A stretch of 64,000 nt of DNA from Phycisphaerae bacterium (GTDB taxonomy: Bacteria; Planctomycetota; Phycisphaerae; Sedimentisphaerales; UBA12454), in assembly GCA_041652575.1 (NCBI GenBank), contig JBAZHC010000008.1, positions 46,022 through 110,021 on the forward strand, given 5' to 3'. Below the pieces are notes generated by a model. The model did no database searches and was not told the origin of the DNA. It worked only from the letters and a program-made list of their open reading frames with translations. Positions within the stretch are counted from its first letter, which is position 1. The number at the start of each line of letters is the position of its first letter. The position numbers and the translations under genes were made by a program. Shown piece after piece: positions 38,183 through 47,680 of this stretch.

Positions 38183-39217
38183 TCAATCATCGCAGCCGGC
38201 TTTAGCCTCAATTGTCATATCGGCGAAAAGGCCTGCTTTGTATTTATGAAAGCCGAGCGAAGCTATCATAACTGCGTTATCCGTACAGTATTTTTTAGGC
38301 GCAACCAGCAGTGTTCTGCCGGTTTGCTGAGTCATTTTTTCAAGTTCGTTTCTTAAAAGCGTATTGGCCGCGACTCCGCCGCCGAGCAGAATTGTTTTCG
38401 CTCCGATTCTATCGGCAGCCATTTCAGCTTTCCCAACGAGAACATCTATAACAGCCGCCTGGAACGACGCGGCGATATCAGCGATTTCCTTTGGGTTCAT
38501 CTTTTCGATGCGATTTCCCCCCTTCATATCCTTGCCGCAGCAATGATAAAGAACCGCTGTCTTTAAACCGCTGAACGAGAAATCGAGCGAATCCTTCGCA
38601 AGCATCGTTCTGGGGAATTTAATCGCGGCAGGATTGCCGTCTTTTGCGGCCTTTTCAATACTCGGCCCGCCGGGGTATGGCAGATTTAAAATCGACGCGA
38701 CTTTGTCGAATGCTTCGCCCGCCGCATCGTCAATAGTCGAGCCGAGCAGATGAAGATCGAGAATATTTTTGCACTCATACAAACTCGTATGCCCGCCGGA
38801 AACAACCAGCGCAACGGCAGGAAGCTGTAAGTTCTGTTCATCCATCATTGCCGATTGAAGATGAGCGTGTATGTGATTTATCGCAATCAGCGGTTTTTCC
38901 AAAGCAATCGCAAGTGTCTTCGCGGCAGTCAGTCCGACGATAAGCGCAACGGCAAGCCCCGGCTGATTGGCGACAGCTACCGCATCAATCGAATCCTTAT
39001 CGAGTCCCGACTGTTTAATCGCCTGTTCTACAATCGGATAAATTTTTTCAATATGAGCCCGCGACGCGATTTCAGGCACAACACCGCCGTATTTCTGGTG
39101 AAGCTCTATTTGCGAAGAAATGACATTTGACAGTACTTCTGACCCATTGCGTACCATCGCCGCGGCAGTTTCATCGCAGCTTGTTTCTATACCGAGAATA
39201 TTAATGTCAGATTTCAT
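38183..39217 (-). CDS. tsaD: tRNA N6-threonylcarbamoyladenosine synthesis protein TsaD
   Basis: ILGIETSCDETAAA, YGGVVPEIASRAH, NHIHAH, VSGGHT, DDAAGEAFDK, YPGGP, FSFSGLKTA, GGGVAAN, CTDNAVMIA. Confidence 0.97.
   Translation of the reverse strand: MKSDINILGIETSCDETAAAMVRNGSEVLSNVISSQIELHQKYGGVVPEIASRAHIEKIYPIVEQAIKQSGLDKDSIDAVAVANQPGLAVALIVGLTAAKTLAIALEKPLIAINHIHAHLQSAMMDEQNLQLPAVALVVSGGHTSLYECKNILDLHLLGSTIDDAAGEAFDKVASILNLPYPGGPSIEKAAKDGNPAAIKFPRTMLAKDSLDFSFSGLKTAVLYHCCGKDMKGGNRIEKMNPKEIADIAASFQAAVIDVLVGKAEMAADRIGAKTILLGGGVAANTLLRNELEKMTQQTGRTLLVAPKKYCTDNAVMIASLGFHKYKAGLFADMTIEAKAGCDD
38185..38206. repeat. Right direct repeat (att-like), within the tsaD 3' end
   Basis: AATCATCGCAGCCGGCTTTAGC; see 37177-37198. 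Confidence 0.88.
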
Positions 39218-39278
39218 CTGGCCAAATGATAATGAATTGCACCGGATATGTCAATTTAACTGGAAAATAAAATACAGG

Positions 39279-39734
39279 CTAAAGGCCAAGGATCTCCTTG
39301 CAGAAATCGGGAAACTTCGCCAAAAGATATTCCTTTTCCATCTCCATTCTTTCCTGCGGTAAATGCCTGTCAAAAAGACAGACGAAATACTCCCTGTCTG
39401 TCTCGTACTTATCCTGTCTTGAAATTGTGCCGCCTCTGTTAATAACCTGCCCGTCATGAAACTTCAGGGCGATATTAAGTTTATCTCCTTCTTTAAATGC
39501 CAACCCCTGCGGGTTAATATCCGGAATGAAAAACCTGACAGCCTTTGCTGAAAGGCCTACCACCTGCAGCCGCATACCCACAATCGCCGGAGCCGCCGCC
39601 AGCGGATAAGCTATCCTGCGGCACTGACGCCTGTCGTCGGTTTGTCTTCTATCGGCCTTGCGATTGTTAGTCTCAACATCCTGCGGATTCTCTCTCCGCT
39701 GACCTTTTCTTCTATCTATGCCGTCCCATTTCAT
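39279..39734 (-). CDS. Hypothetical protein, PilZ-like (N-terminal DRR/RxxxR repeats)
   Basis: DRRKGQRR...DRRQTDDRRQCRRI followed by a beta-rich domain. Confidence 0.6.
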   Translation of the reverse strand: MKWDGIDRRKGQRRENPQDVETNNRKADRRQTDDRRQCRRIAYPLAAAPAIVGMRLQVVGLSAKAVRFFIPDINPQGLAFKEGDKLNIALKFHDGQVINRGGTISRQDKYETDREYFVCLFDRHLPQERMEMEKEYLLAKFPDFCKEILGL

Positions 39735-39757
39735 AAGATTACCTCCTTACTTTAATT

Positions 39758-40708
39758 TTAAGGCTGCCGTTTCGCTTTTACAAGTATAAAAATCTGCCGC
39801 AATATACTTTTAATGACTCTAATAGGCGTAAACCTCAGGGGTATCAGTTCTGCCTGAACAAGCCCTATACGCCCCCTTATCGGCAAAGAATCGCCGACAA
39901 TTTGAATATTTTTTTTATCCCTACAGCCAAAACTTATTTTTTCAGCAGTTCTGATTAAAGGCAGTTGCTCAGGAGCCAATCCTATTAAATCACAACATAT
40001 AACCTCTGCGGCCATTGGGTCAACAGACCCAATCAGCCAGCCGAACTGTTTCGGATTTCCCCTTATCGGCCCGGGACCTTCCATTGCTGCAATACCATCA
40101 ATAATTGTCAAAACAGGATTAAGCAGTTTATAAATATCTATAAGCATTGTGCAAAAATCGTCAAAATTTGCCCCTTTTTTGTAATGCCATACTGCTTTTG
40201 CTTTGCCGCTTACACAGCCGAACATATTTTTAACGGCAATTGTCGCGACAAGCTGTTGATGAGTTTTCAGTTTCGGCAGGTTTATAATTTTATCGGCTTC
40301 GAGCGCATATCGGCTGATACCCACGCGGGTTCGACAGGTTTCGAGCCTGCGTTTGACAGGTTCGTCAAGCTGCCTTATGGGAACGCCGAGTTTTTTTAAA
40401 GGTTCGACAATACCGATTGCTTCTGCGCAGGTCTGTGTATTTGCCCATGCGGGCGAATCGGCAACAAACGGCCTGACGCCATAATCGAGAAGAATTTTCG
40501 CAAGTTCGATAATTACGGCAGGGTCGGTCTGCGTGGCACAACTCGCAGGTCTGGGCGCTATCATATTGGGCTTTATAAGAACGCTGTCGCCTTTGCTTAT
40601 TAGAGATTCGATGCCCCCGTGAAACTCAAAATGCTTCAGCAACGCCGCCCGTACCTTTTCAGGCTCATAATCGCTGCATTTAGTAAGTGAAACTTTTGTC
40701 TGTGCCAT
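39758..40708 (-). CDS. DUF362 domain protein
   Basis: VLIKPN, TDP, INLPKLKTH, TIAVKNMFG, IIDGIAAMEGPGP, DPMAA. Confidence 0.88.
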   Translation of the reverse strand: MAQTKVSLTKCSDYEPEKVRAALLKHFEFHGGIESLISKGDSVLIKPNMIAPRPASCATQTDPAVIIELAKILLDYGVRPFVADSPAWANTQTCAEAIGIVEPLKKLGVPIRQLDEPVKRRLETCRTRVGISRYALEADKIINLPKLKTHQQLVATIAVKNMFGCVSGKAKAVWHYKKGANFDDFCTMLIDIYKLLNPVLTIIDGIAAMEGPGPIRGNPKQFGWLIGSVDPMAAEVICCDLIGLAPEQLPLIRTAEKISFGCRDKKNIQIVGDSLPIRGRIGLVQAELIPLRFTPIRVIKSILRQIFILVKAKRQP

Positions 40709-40805
40709 TCTGCGTTAAGATTTTAACATCATCTCCGTTTTTTTCAAGAAATTGTTTGCAGGTTTGCTTTACCAGTCAGGCTCGTCAGGTTATAATGTAT
40801 TGCGA

Positions 40806-41897
40806 ATGAAAGAACTTTTGAAAAAACTTATTCGGGCAAAATCAACGACCGAGACCGGCGAAGTCAAATGCGCCAAAGTTCTGGCCGACTTTTTCAAGGC
40901 AGCCGGTTTAAAGCCGCGAGTCAATGTCTGGGACAAAAACCGCGCAAATGTTACCGTCAGACTTAAATCCGCGGACAAAAAACCCGGATTACTGTTTGTC
41001 AGCCATCTCGATGTCGTACCGGCCGAAACCAACTCTTTGTTTCAGCCTGTCGAGCGGAATGGCAAAATCTTCGGCAGAGGCGCCTGCGATATGAAAGGCG
41101 GAATCGCCTCTGCAGCATCGGCCATCGTCGAAATATTTAAATCCGGGATTAAATTACAGGGCGATGTAATATTTTCCGCAACGGCCGGCGAGGAAACAGA
41201 CAGTGCAGGTATAAAAAAAATTACAAAATCTTTCAAGAATAAAAATCTTTGCGGAATAATCGTTCCCGAACCGACCGATTTTGACCTTGTTACAGCTCAT
41301 CGCGGACTTCTGTGGCTTGAAATTATTACAAAAGGCAAATCCGCACACAGCTCAATGCCATATCTCGGAATAAACGCGATAGACTCGATGAGAATGTTTC
41401 TCGACAAACTCGACGATTTCAAAATTATCGGCACAAACAAACTGCTCGGCAAAGCATCTTTGAGCGTAAACAAAATCAACGGCGGCACTGCATCCAATAT
41501 CGTACCTGATTTATGTTCTGTCCAGATTGATATTCGAACAATCCCCGGCCAAAACATTCAAAAGATTGTCGGCGATCTCAACAAAATACTTGCCCGGCTC
41601 TCGAAACAGAATCCGCAGTTCCGGGCCGAGCTGAATATTCTTCGCGATTCCGGTTCAATGCAAACCAGCGAAAAAACGGAATTTGTAAAGCAATTAAAAC
41701 ATCTTTTAAAAACAGAGCCTAAGCCTGTGCCTTTTACAACAGATGCGCCATATCTGGTCACATTAAAAACACCGATAGTTATTTTCGGCCCGGGCGAGCC
41801 TTCGCTTTGCCACAAACCAAACGAACATATCAAAATTAAAGATTTGCAAAAAGCGAAAGATTGCTACAGGAAGATTGTTCTGCATTTTGTCGGTTAA
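40806..41897 (+). CDS. M20 family metallopeptidase (ArgE/DapE-like)
   Basis: SHLDVVP, GRGACDMKGG, AGEE, PEPT, GKSAHSS, GGTASNIVP, FGPGE, CHKPNE. Start at MKELL (40806). Confidence 0.9.
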   Translation: MKELLKKLIRAKSTTETGEVKCAKVLADFFKAAGLKPRVNVWDKNRANVTVRLKSADKKPGLLFVSHLDVVPAETNSLFQPVERNGKIFGRGACDMKGGIASAASAIVEIFKSGIKLQGDVIFSATAGEETDSAGIKKITKSFKNKNLCGIIVPEPTDFDLVTAHRGLLWLEIITKGKSAHSSMPYLGINAIDSMRMFLDKLDDFKIIGTNKLLGKASLSVNKINGGTASNIVPDLCSVQIDIRTIPGQNIQKIVGDLNKILARLSKQNPQFRAELNILRDSGSMQTSEKTEFVKQLKHLLKTEPKPVPFTTDAPYLVTLKTPIVIFGPGEPSLCHKPNEHIKIKDLQKAKDCYRKIVLHFVG

Positions 41898-41980
41898 CTT
41901 TCGTTCGCTCAAAATTAAACTGCAACGGAAAACTCATATATCCTTGCCCTTCCGGACCGAATCATTCGCAATACTCTAAA

Positions 41981-43150
41981 CTACTTTTGCGGCCCAAAAT
42001 CCTTCAATTGAGGAAAGACGGCATGAGGTTCTGTTTGATACCAGAAAGCCACAGATGAAATATTGTCCTCCAAAGGCTGATATATCCCGTTTTCTTTCCA
42101 GCCGAGCGCCTGAATTGTAACTTTCAGTTCTTTTTCAAATCTGATTGGATCGGTAATATGCCAGCGGTATAATCCGAATTTGACACCTGCAATTTCACCA
42201 TCGGTCAGACTTTTACCTTTCGGATATATTACCTGATTAAGACCGGTGTAAGGCGTATTAAACACCTTATATTCTCTTTTATCCGGGGCATCGGCTCTTG
42301 GTCCTTCGAAATTATATGAGCCGCAAAAATAGTCTTCTGTGCCTGTGCCGCAGATTGTCGGGTAAGCTTTGTCGCCGTCAAAGTAGAATTTAATTTCACC
42401 CTCGCCCCACCAGCCGTTGCTTTTAGTCTCCCAGCACATATAAGTTCCAGCGTATTGGCCTTTTCCTTTTATACCGTCAATTATTGTATAAACCTGTTTA
42501 CGGGGGAGCGGATTTACACTCCTAAACTGAGCGTGCAGATATGCTGCGTCTTTCGGCACTTTTGCAAGTACATAATCAATCTGATAATACAGTGTCATTT
42601 TCCTGGAGTCTATATTTGTCATAGTGATTTTTGCGCTTTTACGGAATGGCATCGTCCAGTAACAATTAAAACCGCTTCCCGGATTCACGCAGACCGGCAG
42701 AGATGAAAACTGCATATACTGTCCCAAACCGGCGGCAAAGAAATCGCCGACCGGACATTCGATGGAAGGCGTTTCTTCGCCATCCCAATAAACACGCAAA
42801 ATATTAAGACGATTGTTTCCCGTAGGCGTCATCCAGATATGTTGAATCGCACCGGGGCCTTTTATATCGGCCATAACAAATGTCTGGTTCGGCTCAATAT
42901 GAACGTACGGATTGACTTTCCATCCCGTGCCAAGCTCGCTTGATGCGTGAGCGGCAGAACCTTTTTCCTGCGGAGTTGCCCCGCCTTTGCCCTTTTCACC
43001 GGTAATGTTCTCAGGACTTATAGAACGCGTTTTAGCATCAGACATTAATGGCAGGTTCCCGAGATTCACCGTCAGACCGTCAAAACCTGCAGCCATTACA
43101 CTTGCTCCAAGAATAAAGACAATAATCGTTTTAAAATAATTTCCACGCAT
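41981..43150 (-). CDS. Glycoside hydrolase family 172 / DUF2961 protein, secreted
   Basis: RSISPENITGEKGKGG, GPGAIQHIWMT, YWDGEETPS, PVGDFF, WWGEGE, GTGTEDYF, YRWHITDPIRF, SSVAFWYQ. Start at MRGNY (43150) with signal peptide. Confidence 0.88.
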   Translation of the reverse strand: MRGNYFKTIIVFILGASVMAAGFDGLTVNLGNLPLMSDAKTRSISPENITGEKGKGGATPQEKGSAAHASSELGTGWKVNPYVHIEPNQTFVMADIKGPGAIQHIWMTPTGNNRLNILRVYWDGEETPSIECPVGDFFAAGLGQYMQFSSLPVCVNPGSGFNCYWTMPFRKSAKITMTNIDSRKMTLYYQIDYVLAKVPKDAAYLHAQFRSVNPLPRKQVYTIIDGIKGKGQYAGTYMCWETKSNGWWGEGEIKFYFDGDKAYPTICGTGTEDYFCGSYNFEGPRADAPDKREYKVFNTPYTGLNQVIYPKGKSLTDGEIAGVKFGLYRWHITDPIRFEKELKVTIQALGWKENGIYQPLEDNISSVAFWYQTEPHAVFPQLKDFGPQK

Positions 43151-43176
43151 TGAATTTACTATTCTCCGAATAAATT

Positions 43177-44583
43177 TTACGCGATTGTTTCTTCCAGTTT
43201 CGCGAGAATATCCTGCCCTTTTCCCACCTTGTTGCCGTTGGGACTTTGCCAGTTGACTGAAGAATTGTTTTTGAGAATCTCCTCTACTTTTCTGCACGCA
43301 AGAATAACCGTAGCGTGATTTTTATTGCCCATCAGTCTGCCGATTTCCGGGAACGACATATCCGTATACTTTCTGGCCAGATACATACTAAAAGACCGGG
43401 CAAGACTTACGGTCCTGTCTTTTTTGGAAGAATGTACGTCGGCCGGCGTGATGCCGAAGAACGTCGTAACTGCCGCTTCGATATCTGAAATATGAACAAT
43501 CGGGTCTGTTCTCGAAATATGTTCGGCAAGAACCTGCCTCGCCATTTCAGGTGAAATCTTCTCATTGCACAGCGATGAATAGGCGATAAGCTTTAAGATA
43601 GCTCCTTCCAGTTCCCTTATATTCGAGCGGATATTCTCAGCGATATAGCTGACAACCTTATCCGGAAGCTCTTTATTCATTGCCGCTGCCTTTTGACAGA
43701 TAATTTTGCAGCGTGTCTTAACGTCCGGCGGTTCTACTTTTACCACCATTCCAGATACGAATCTGTTTACCAGACTTTCGCATAGCTGGCCTATCATTTT
43801 CGGATGGGCGTCCGAGACCAGCACTACTTTTTTGCCCGCCATATTTATCGTATTAAACGTATGCAGGAATTCTTCCTGCGTTGATGGTTTGCTGGCCAGG
43901 AAGTGTATATCGTCAATAGCCAACAAATCCATTTGCCGGTATCGCCTCCTGAAAGCATCCAGCTTCTTGGTCTTCAAGGCCAGCACAAACTGATTGGTAA
44001 AGTCCTCCGCTGACACATATAGCCAATTGGCTGTGGGCCGGGTCCGGCTCATCATATTGCAAATCCCTTGCATCAGATGCGTCTTACCAAGGCCATATCC
44101 TCCATGAATAAACAGCGGATTGAACGGACTTACTTCTTCAGATACTAAACTTACCGCTGCGTTGTAGGCCAATTGATTGGATGGTCCTACAACAAACGAT
44201 TCGAGCGTCATCTTCAGCGAACGTCCCGTTATCTGCCGGTCGCTTATTCTGCTTCGAGTCGTTTTATTCTGAGCCTTCTGAACAAGTTCTGCCTGACAAT
44301 CGAGCTGCGTTCGTCTCTGATTGCCGCACAGTTCGGGCTCAATATTAAAAGTAATTTTTTTCACGGAACCGGTAATTGTTTCAACAGCCGCCGTTATATC
44401 GGATAAAAAATGGCTCTCTATCCAGCTCCCGACAAAAGGATTTGGAACGCCTATTTTTAAATAATCATCCGCTATCGTAAATCTGGTCGAATTCCTGAAC
44501 CAGACACGATACTTCTGCTGACCTACTTTTTCAGCGAGAAGCTGGTTGATTGCGGTTATCTCATCCTTGATTATTGTCTGCAT
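43177..44583 (-). CDS. dnaA: Chromosomal replication initiator DnaA
   Basis: FVVGPSN, NPLFIHGGYGLGKTHL (Walker A), LLAIDDI (Walker B), QEEFLHTFN, NIRELEGA, domain IV SFPEIG...NHATVI. Confidence 0.97.
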   Translation of the reverse strand: MQTIIKDEITAINQLLAEKVGQQKYRVWFRNSTRFTIADDYLKIGVPNPFVGSWIESHFLSDITAAVETITGSVKKITFNIEPELCGNQRRTQLDCQAELVQKAQNKTTRSRISDRQITGRSLKMTLESFVVGPSNQLAYNAAVSLVSEEVSPFNPLFIHGGYGLGKTHLMQGICNMMSRTRPTANWLYVSAEDFTNQFVLALKTKKLDAFRRRYRQMDLLAIDDIHFLASKPSTQEEFLHTFNTINMAGKKVVLVSDAHPKMIGQLCESLVNRFVSGMVVKVEPPDVKTRCKIICQKAAAMNKELPDKVVSYIAENIRSNIRELEGAILKLIAYSSLCNEKISPEMARQVLAEHISRTDPIVHISDIEAAVTTFFGITPADVHSSKKDRTVSLARSFSMYLARKYTDMSFPEIGRLMGNKNHATVILACRKVEEILKNNSSVNWQSPNGNKVGKGQDILAKLEETIA

Positions 44584-44680
44584 ATAAAACTTCTGTTATG
44601 AAACTATATATTATAAATAAAATACTTGTCTGAATATACGTCTTTGTCTTTAGTAAATCAATGCAGTTTTGTCAAAATTC

Positions 44681-44790
44681 TTTTCCACTGCACAGATAAT
44701 TCTTAAACACAAAACGTTGTGAGAAAAAAAATTTTGTTTTGAACAGGTTTTACACAGCCCTAAACTGCTTTGTGGAAAAAATGTGGATGA
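44681..44790. promoter_or_regulatory. DnaA-box cluster upstream of dnaA (candidate oriC / autoregulatory region)
   Basis: TTTTACACA (44748-44756) and TGTGGAAAA (44771-44779) match TTWTNCACA. One-mismatch boxes at 44681-44689, 44718-44726 and 44782-44790. AT-rich flanks. Confidence 0.65.
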
Positions 44791-44826
44791 TAATTTAATT
44801 ATTAGCTGATTTAAAAAATGTTTATT

Positions 44827-46197
44827 TTAGTTTTTTTGGAGAATCGCGGCATAAGCACCGTCGCAATCGTAAGTTCCGGCAGAGGGAAGGAATATTTTTT
44901 CTTTTTCGAGCGAAAATTCAGGTTTTTGTCTGATAAAATTATTCACAACATCGATATTTTCCTGATTTAATATGCTGCAGGTGCTGTAACAGATTTTACC
45001 ACCCTCTGTTACAATCGAAGAAGCAAACTCAAGCAGCTCAACCTGGGTTTTTGCAAGTTCTTCAATTCGTTTTTCATTTAACCGAAGCCGTACTTCAGGT
45101 CTTTTCGCCAATACGCCTGTATTCGAGCATGGAACATCGAGCAATACCGCGTCCGCCGAAGCAGGCTGGCAGGCTTCTTTAAGAAAATCATCGTAACCTA
45201 ATACTTTTACGGATGTTACCCCGAGCCTTTGAATATTTTCGCCAATCCTGGTCAATCTTGAATTATCTTTATCTGTTGCAACTATAACACCTTTGTCACA
45301 AGTAAGTTCCGCTATTTGAGTCGTCTTTGTACCGGGCGCGGCACAAATATCCAATATCTTCCAGCCGGACTGCGGATTTAACAAAGTAACAATGGAAGAT
45401 GACGTTGCATCCTGTATTGTAAAAAGACCTTCTTTAAAGGCCTTAAGTTCAGCAATATTGCCTGACTTGTTTATCCTGACCATCTTATATTGTTCAGCAA
45501 AATCACAATCTACCCCCTGGCTTATCAGGATTTCAAAAAGTTCTATTGCGGTTAATTTAAGTCTGTTGGGTCTTGCATAAACTGAAGGTCTGCGATTTGA
45601 CGCGAAACAAATATTTTTTGTCTGCTCGAAATCGAACTGGCCGAGCCACTGCTCGACGAGCCATAAAGGCAGTGAAAACGCACTGCTCAGATATTCGGCT
45701 TTTTTCTTATTTACGTCCGGCAGGATATCGATATTAAATTCACAGCCGATGGTCGGACTTAACGGCAGAGTTTTTCGTGAATCAGCCTTGCCTAAATCCG
45801 CTGATTTGTTTTTTATTGAAGCGCAAACTTTTCGCAGTACCGCATTTATAAAGCCCGCTGCTTTTTTCGAGCTGATTTTCTTCGCCAGGTCAACTGCTTC
45901 GTTGACAATGGCATAATCAGCCTGACTGGTAAAAACAAGCTCATAAACAGCAATTCTCAAACAATTAAGAATCTTTGTCGGAATATTCTTTATGGGCTGA
46001 ACTGAACTTTGTGCGATGAGATTATTAATAAACCCATAATTTCTTATTACGCCGAATGTGATATCAACAAGAGCTGCGCGATTCTGTGTTTTATCGCCGA
46101 ACTTTTCGACAAGCTCAGCACAGTTATACTCTGACACCTTAAAATTATTTAAAACTTCCCACGCAGTTCGCCGCGGACTAAATTGAGGAGCTTTCAT
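44827..46197 (-). CDS. rsmB: 16S rRNA m5C967 methyltransferase with NusB-like N-domain
   Basis: AIVNEAV...GFINAVLR, TIQD, DICAAPGTKT, DVPCSNTG, YSTCS. Confidence 0.94.
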   Translation of the reverse strand: MKAPQFSPRRTAWEVLNNFKVSEYNCAELVEKFGDKTQNRAALVDITFGVIRNYGFINNLIAQSSVQPIKNIPTKILNCLRIAVYELVFTSQADYAIVNEAVDLAKKISSKKAAGFINAVLRKVCASIKNKSADLGKADSRKTLPLSPTIGCEFNIDILPDVNKKKAEYLSSAFSLPLWLVEQWLGQFDFEQTKNICFASNRRPSVYARPNRLKLTAIELFEILISQGVDCDFAEQYKMVRINKSGNIAELKAFKEGLFTIQDATSSSIVTLLNPQSGWKILDICAAPGTKTTQIAELTCDKGVIVATDKDNSRLTRIGENIQRLGVTSVKVLGYDDFLKEACQPASADAVLLDVPCSNTGVLAKRPEVRLRLNEKRIEELAKTQVELLEFASSIVTEGGKICYSTCSILNQENIDVVNNFIRQKPEFSLEKEKIFLPSAGTYDCDGAYAAILQKN

Positions 46198-47153
46198 TAC
46201 CCGTTTTCCTCAAGGGGCACAAAAAAATCACCTGCCCCGCTTCCCCTGCCGTTTAAAAACGACTTAAAATCCATTATTTTCCCGCCATGCGGTTTAATTT
46301 CCAATATCTTTATACTGCCCGTTCCGCAGGCAATATTAAATTCTGCGTCAACCAGCCCCGCCCGGTCGTGTTTTGCATGTTCATCCGTAACTATTGTTTT
46401 TGATATCGCCGCCGGGCACTTTTTGCCGTTTTGAGCGGAAACAAAACACGCCGCAGCCCCCGGCCAGGGACAAAGCCCTCTTACCTTATTATGTATCTGC
46501 CTGGCCGATAATGTAAAGTCAATTCTGCCATCGCTTTTTTTCAGTTTCGGGGCCGACGTCGCCAGTGAATTATCCTGTTTGGCATAAACAGCGGTACCGG
46601 CCTGGATTTTATCGATTGTTTCAATCAGCAGAGGCGCCGCAACTTTCGCGAGGGCGTCATGAACAATGTCGGCTGAGTCATCATCTGCAATTTTCATTTT
46701 AGCCTGCGCCAGCATCTCGCCCGCGTCCATCTTCTGGGCCAGTGTGATAATTGTTACGCCGGTTTCTGTTTCGCCGTTGATAATCGCCCAGTTAATTGGA
46801 GCGGCGCCGCGGAATTTGGGCAGCAATGAACCGTGAACGTTTATCGCGCCTTTGGGAGGAATATTTATAATGTCAGGTGAAATCTTCTGGCCGAATGCGA
46901 TGACAACAAGCAAATCGGGAGCAAGTTTTTTAACAAGCCCTGTGCCTTCGGCGCTGTTTATATCCTCAATGGCGGTAAACGGTATATTATTCTGCTGTGC
47001 CCGCTGCGCGACATCATTGGCCCGCAATTTTCTGCCCCTGCCGGCCTGTTTATCCGGATGAGTTATAATATGCAAAAGCTGATGATTCGATGCTTTTAAG
47101 GCATTTAAGGAATCAACCCCAAACTGACCGCAACCACAATAAACTATTTTCAT
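46197..47153 (-). CDS. fmt: Methionyl-tRNA formyltransferase
   Basis: THPDKQAGRG, VVIAFGQ, NVHGSLLPKFRGAAPI, GVTI, MDAG, LCPWP. Confidence 0.96.
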   Translation of the reverse strand: MKIVYCGCGQFGVDSLNALKASNHQLLHIITHPDKQAGRGRKLRANDVAQRAQQNNIPFTAIEDINSAEGTGLVKKLAPDLLVVIAFGQKISPDIINIPPKGAINVHGSLLPKFRGAAPINWAIINGETETGVTIITLAQKMDAGEMLAQAKMKIADDDSADIVHDALAKVAAPLLIETIDKIQAGTAVYAKQDNSLATSAPKLKKSDGRIDFTLSARQIHNKVRGLCPWPGAAACFVSAQNGKKCPAAISKTIVTDEHAKHDRAGLVDAEFNIACGTGSIKILEIKPHGGKIMDFKSFLNGRGSGAGDFFVPLEENG

Positions 47154-47680
47154 TTTTTCTGCTGCTCGTAATCTTTGCGAAGTTGTCTGAGCTTCCTGCG
47201 GGCAGCAATCTTCGCAACCGTAGAGAGCTTATCTGCTATAAGGGTTCCATCGAGATGGTCGCATTCGTGCTGAAATATCCTCGCAAGATGACCCTGGCAC
47301 TCTTCTGTAAATTCTTTGCCGTCAAGTCCCTGTGCTTTTATCGAACATTTCGAATATCGCTTAATACTGCCCCAGACACCCGGCAGAGACAAACAGCCTT
47401 CTTCATTTGCCACAAGATTGCCGGAAGACGTAAGCATTGGGTTTATATAAACCTTCGCGTTTTCTTTGGTGCCGTCCGGAGAAGCCACAAAAATTCTCAA
47501 TCCCACTCCCGCCTGCGGCCCGGCAAGCCCGACGCCTTTATGCTCAACCATTATATCTTTCATTTTTTCCGCAAGGGCGCAGATAGCATCGTCAATCTTC
47601 TCTATCGGCTCGGCCCTTCGCAAAAGCACCGGCATCGGCCATCGGGTAATGCAGCATTTCTTAACGTCATCAATCGTCAT
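47150..47680 (-). CDS. def: Peptide deformylase
   Basis: GVGLAGPQ, EGCLS, QHECDHLDG. Confidence 0.96.
   Translation of the reverse strand: MTIDDVKKCCITRWPMPVLLRRAEPIEKIDDAICALAEKMKDIMVEHKGVGLAGPQAGVGLRIFVASPDGTKENAKVYINPMLTSSGNLVANEEGCLSLPGVWGSIKRYSKCSIKAQGLDGKEFTEECQGHLARIFQHECDHLDGTLIADKLSTVAKIAARRKLRQLRKDYEQQKK

Larger units (their letters stand above)
37177..38206. mobile_element. ~1-kb genomic islet inserted at the tsaD 3' end, with integron-like cassette but no integrase
   Basis: 22-bp direct repeats at both ends. Interior has a promoter, attI-like site, one ORF and an attC-like site. Confidence 0.65.

Noticed and set aside
41981-43297. Long N-terminal extension of GH172 overlapping dnaA (likewise the track starts of nadA, nnrE, surE and the 19054 ORF)
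   Set aside because: Downstream starts have a better RBS or signal peptide and remove implausible overlaps.
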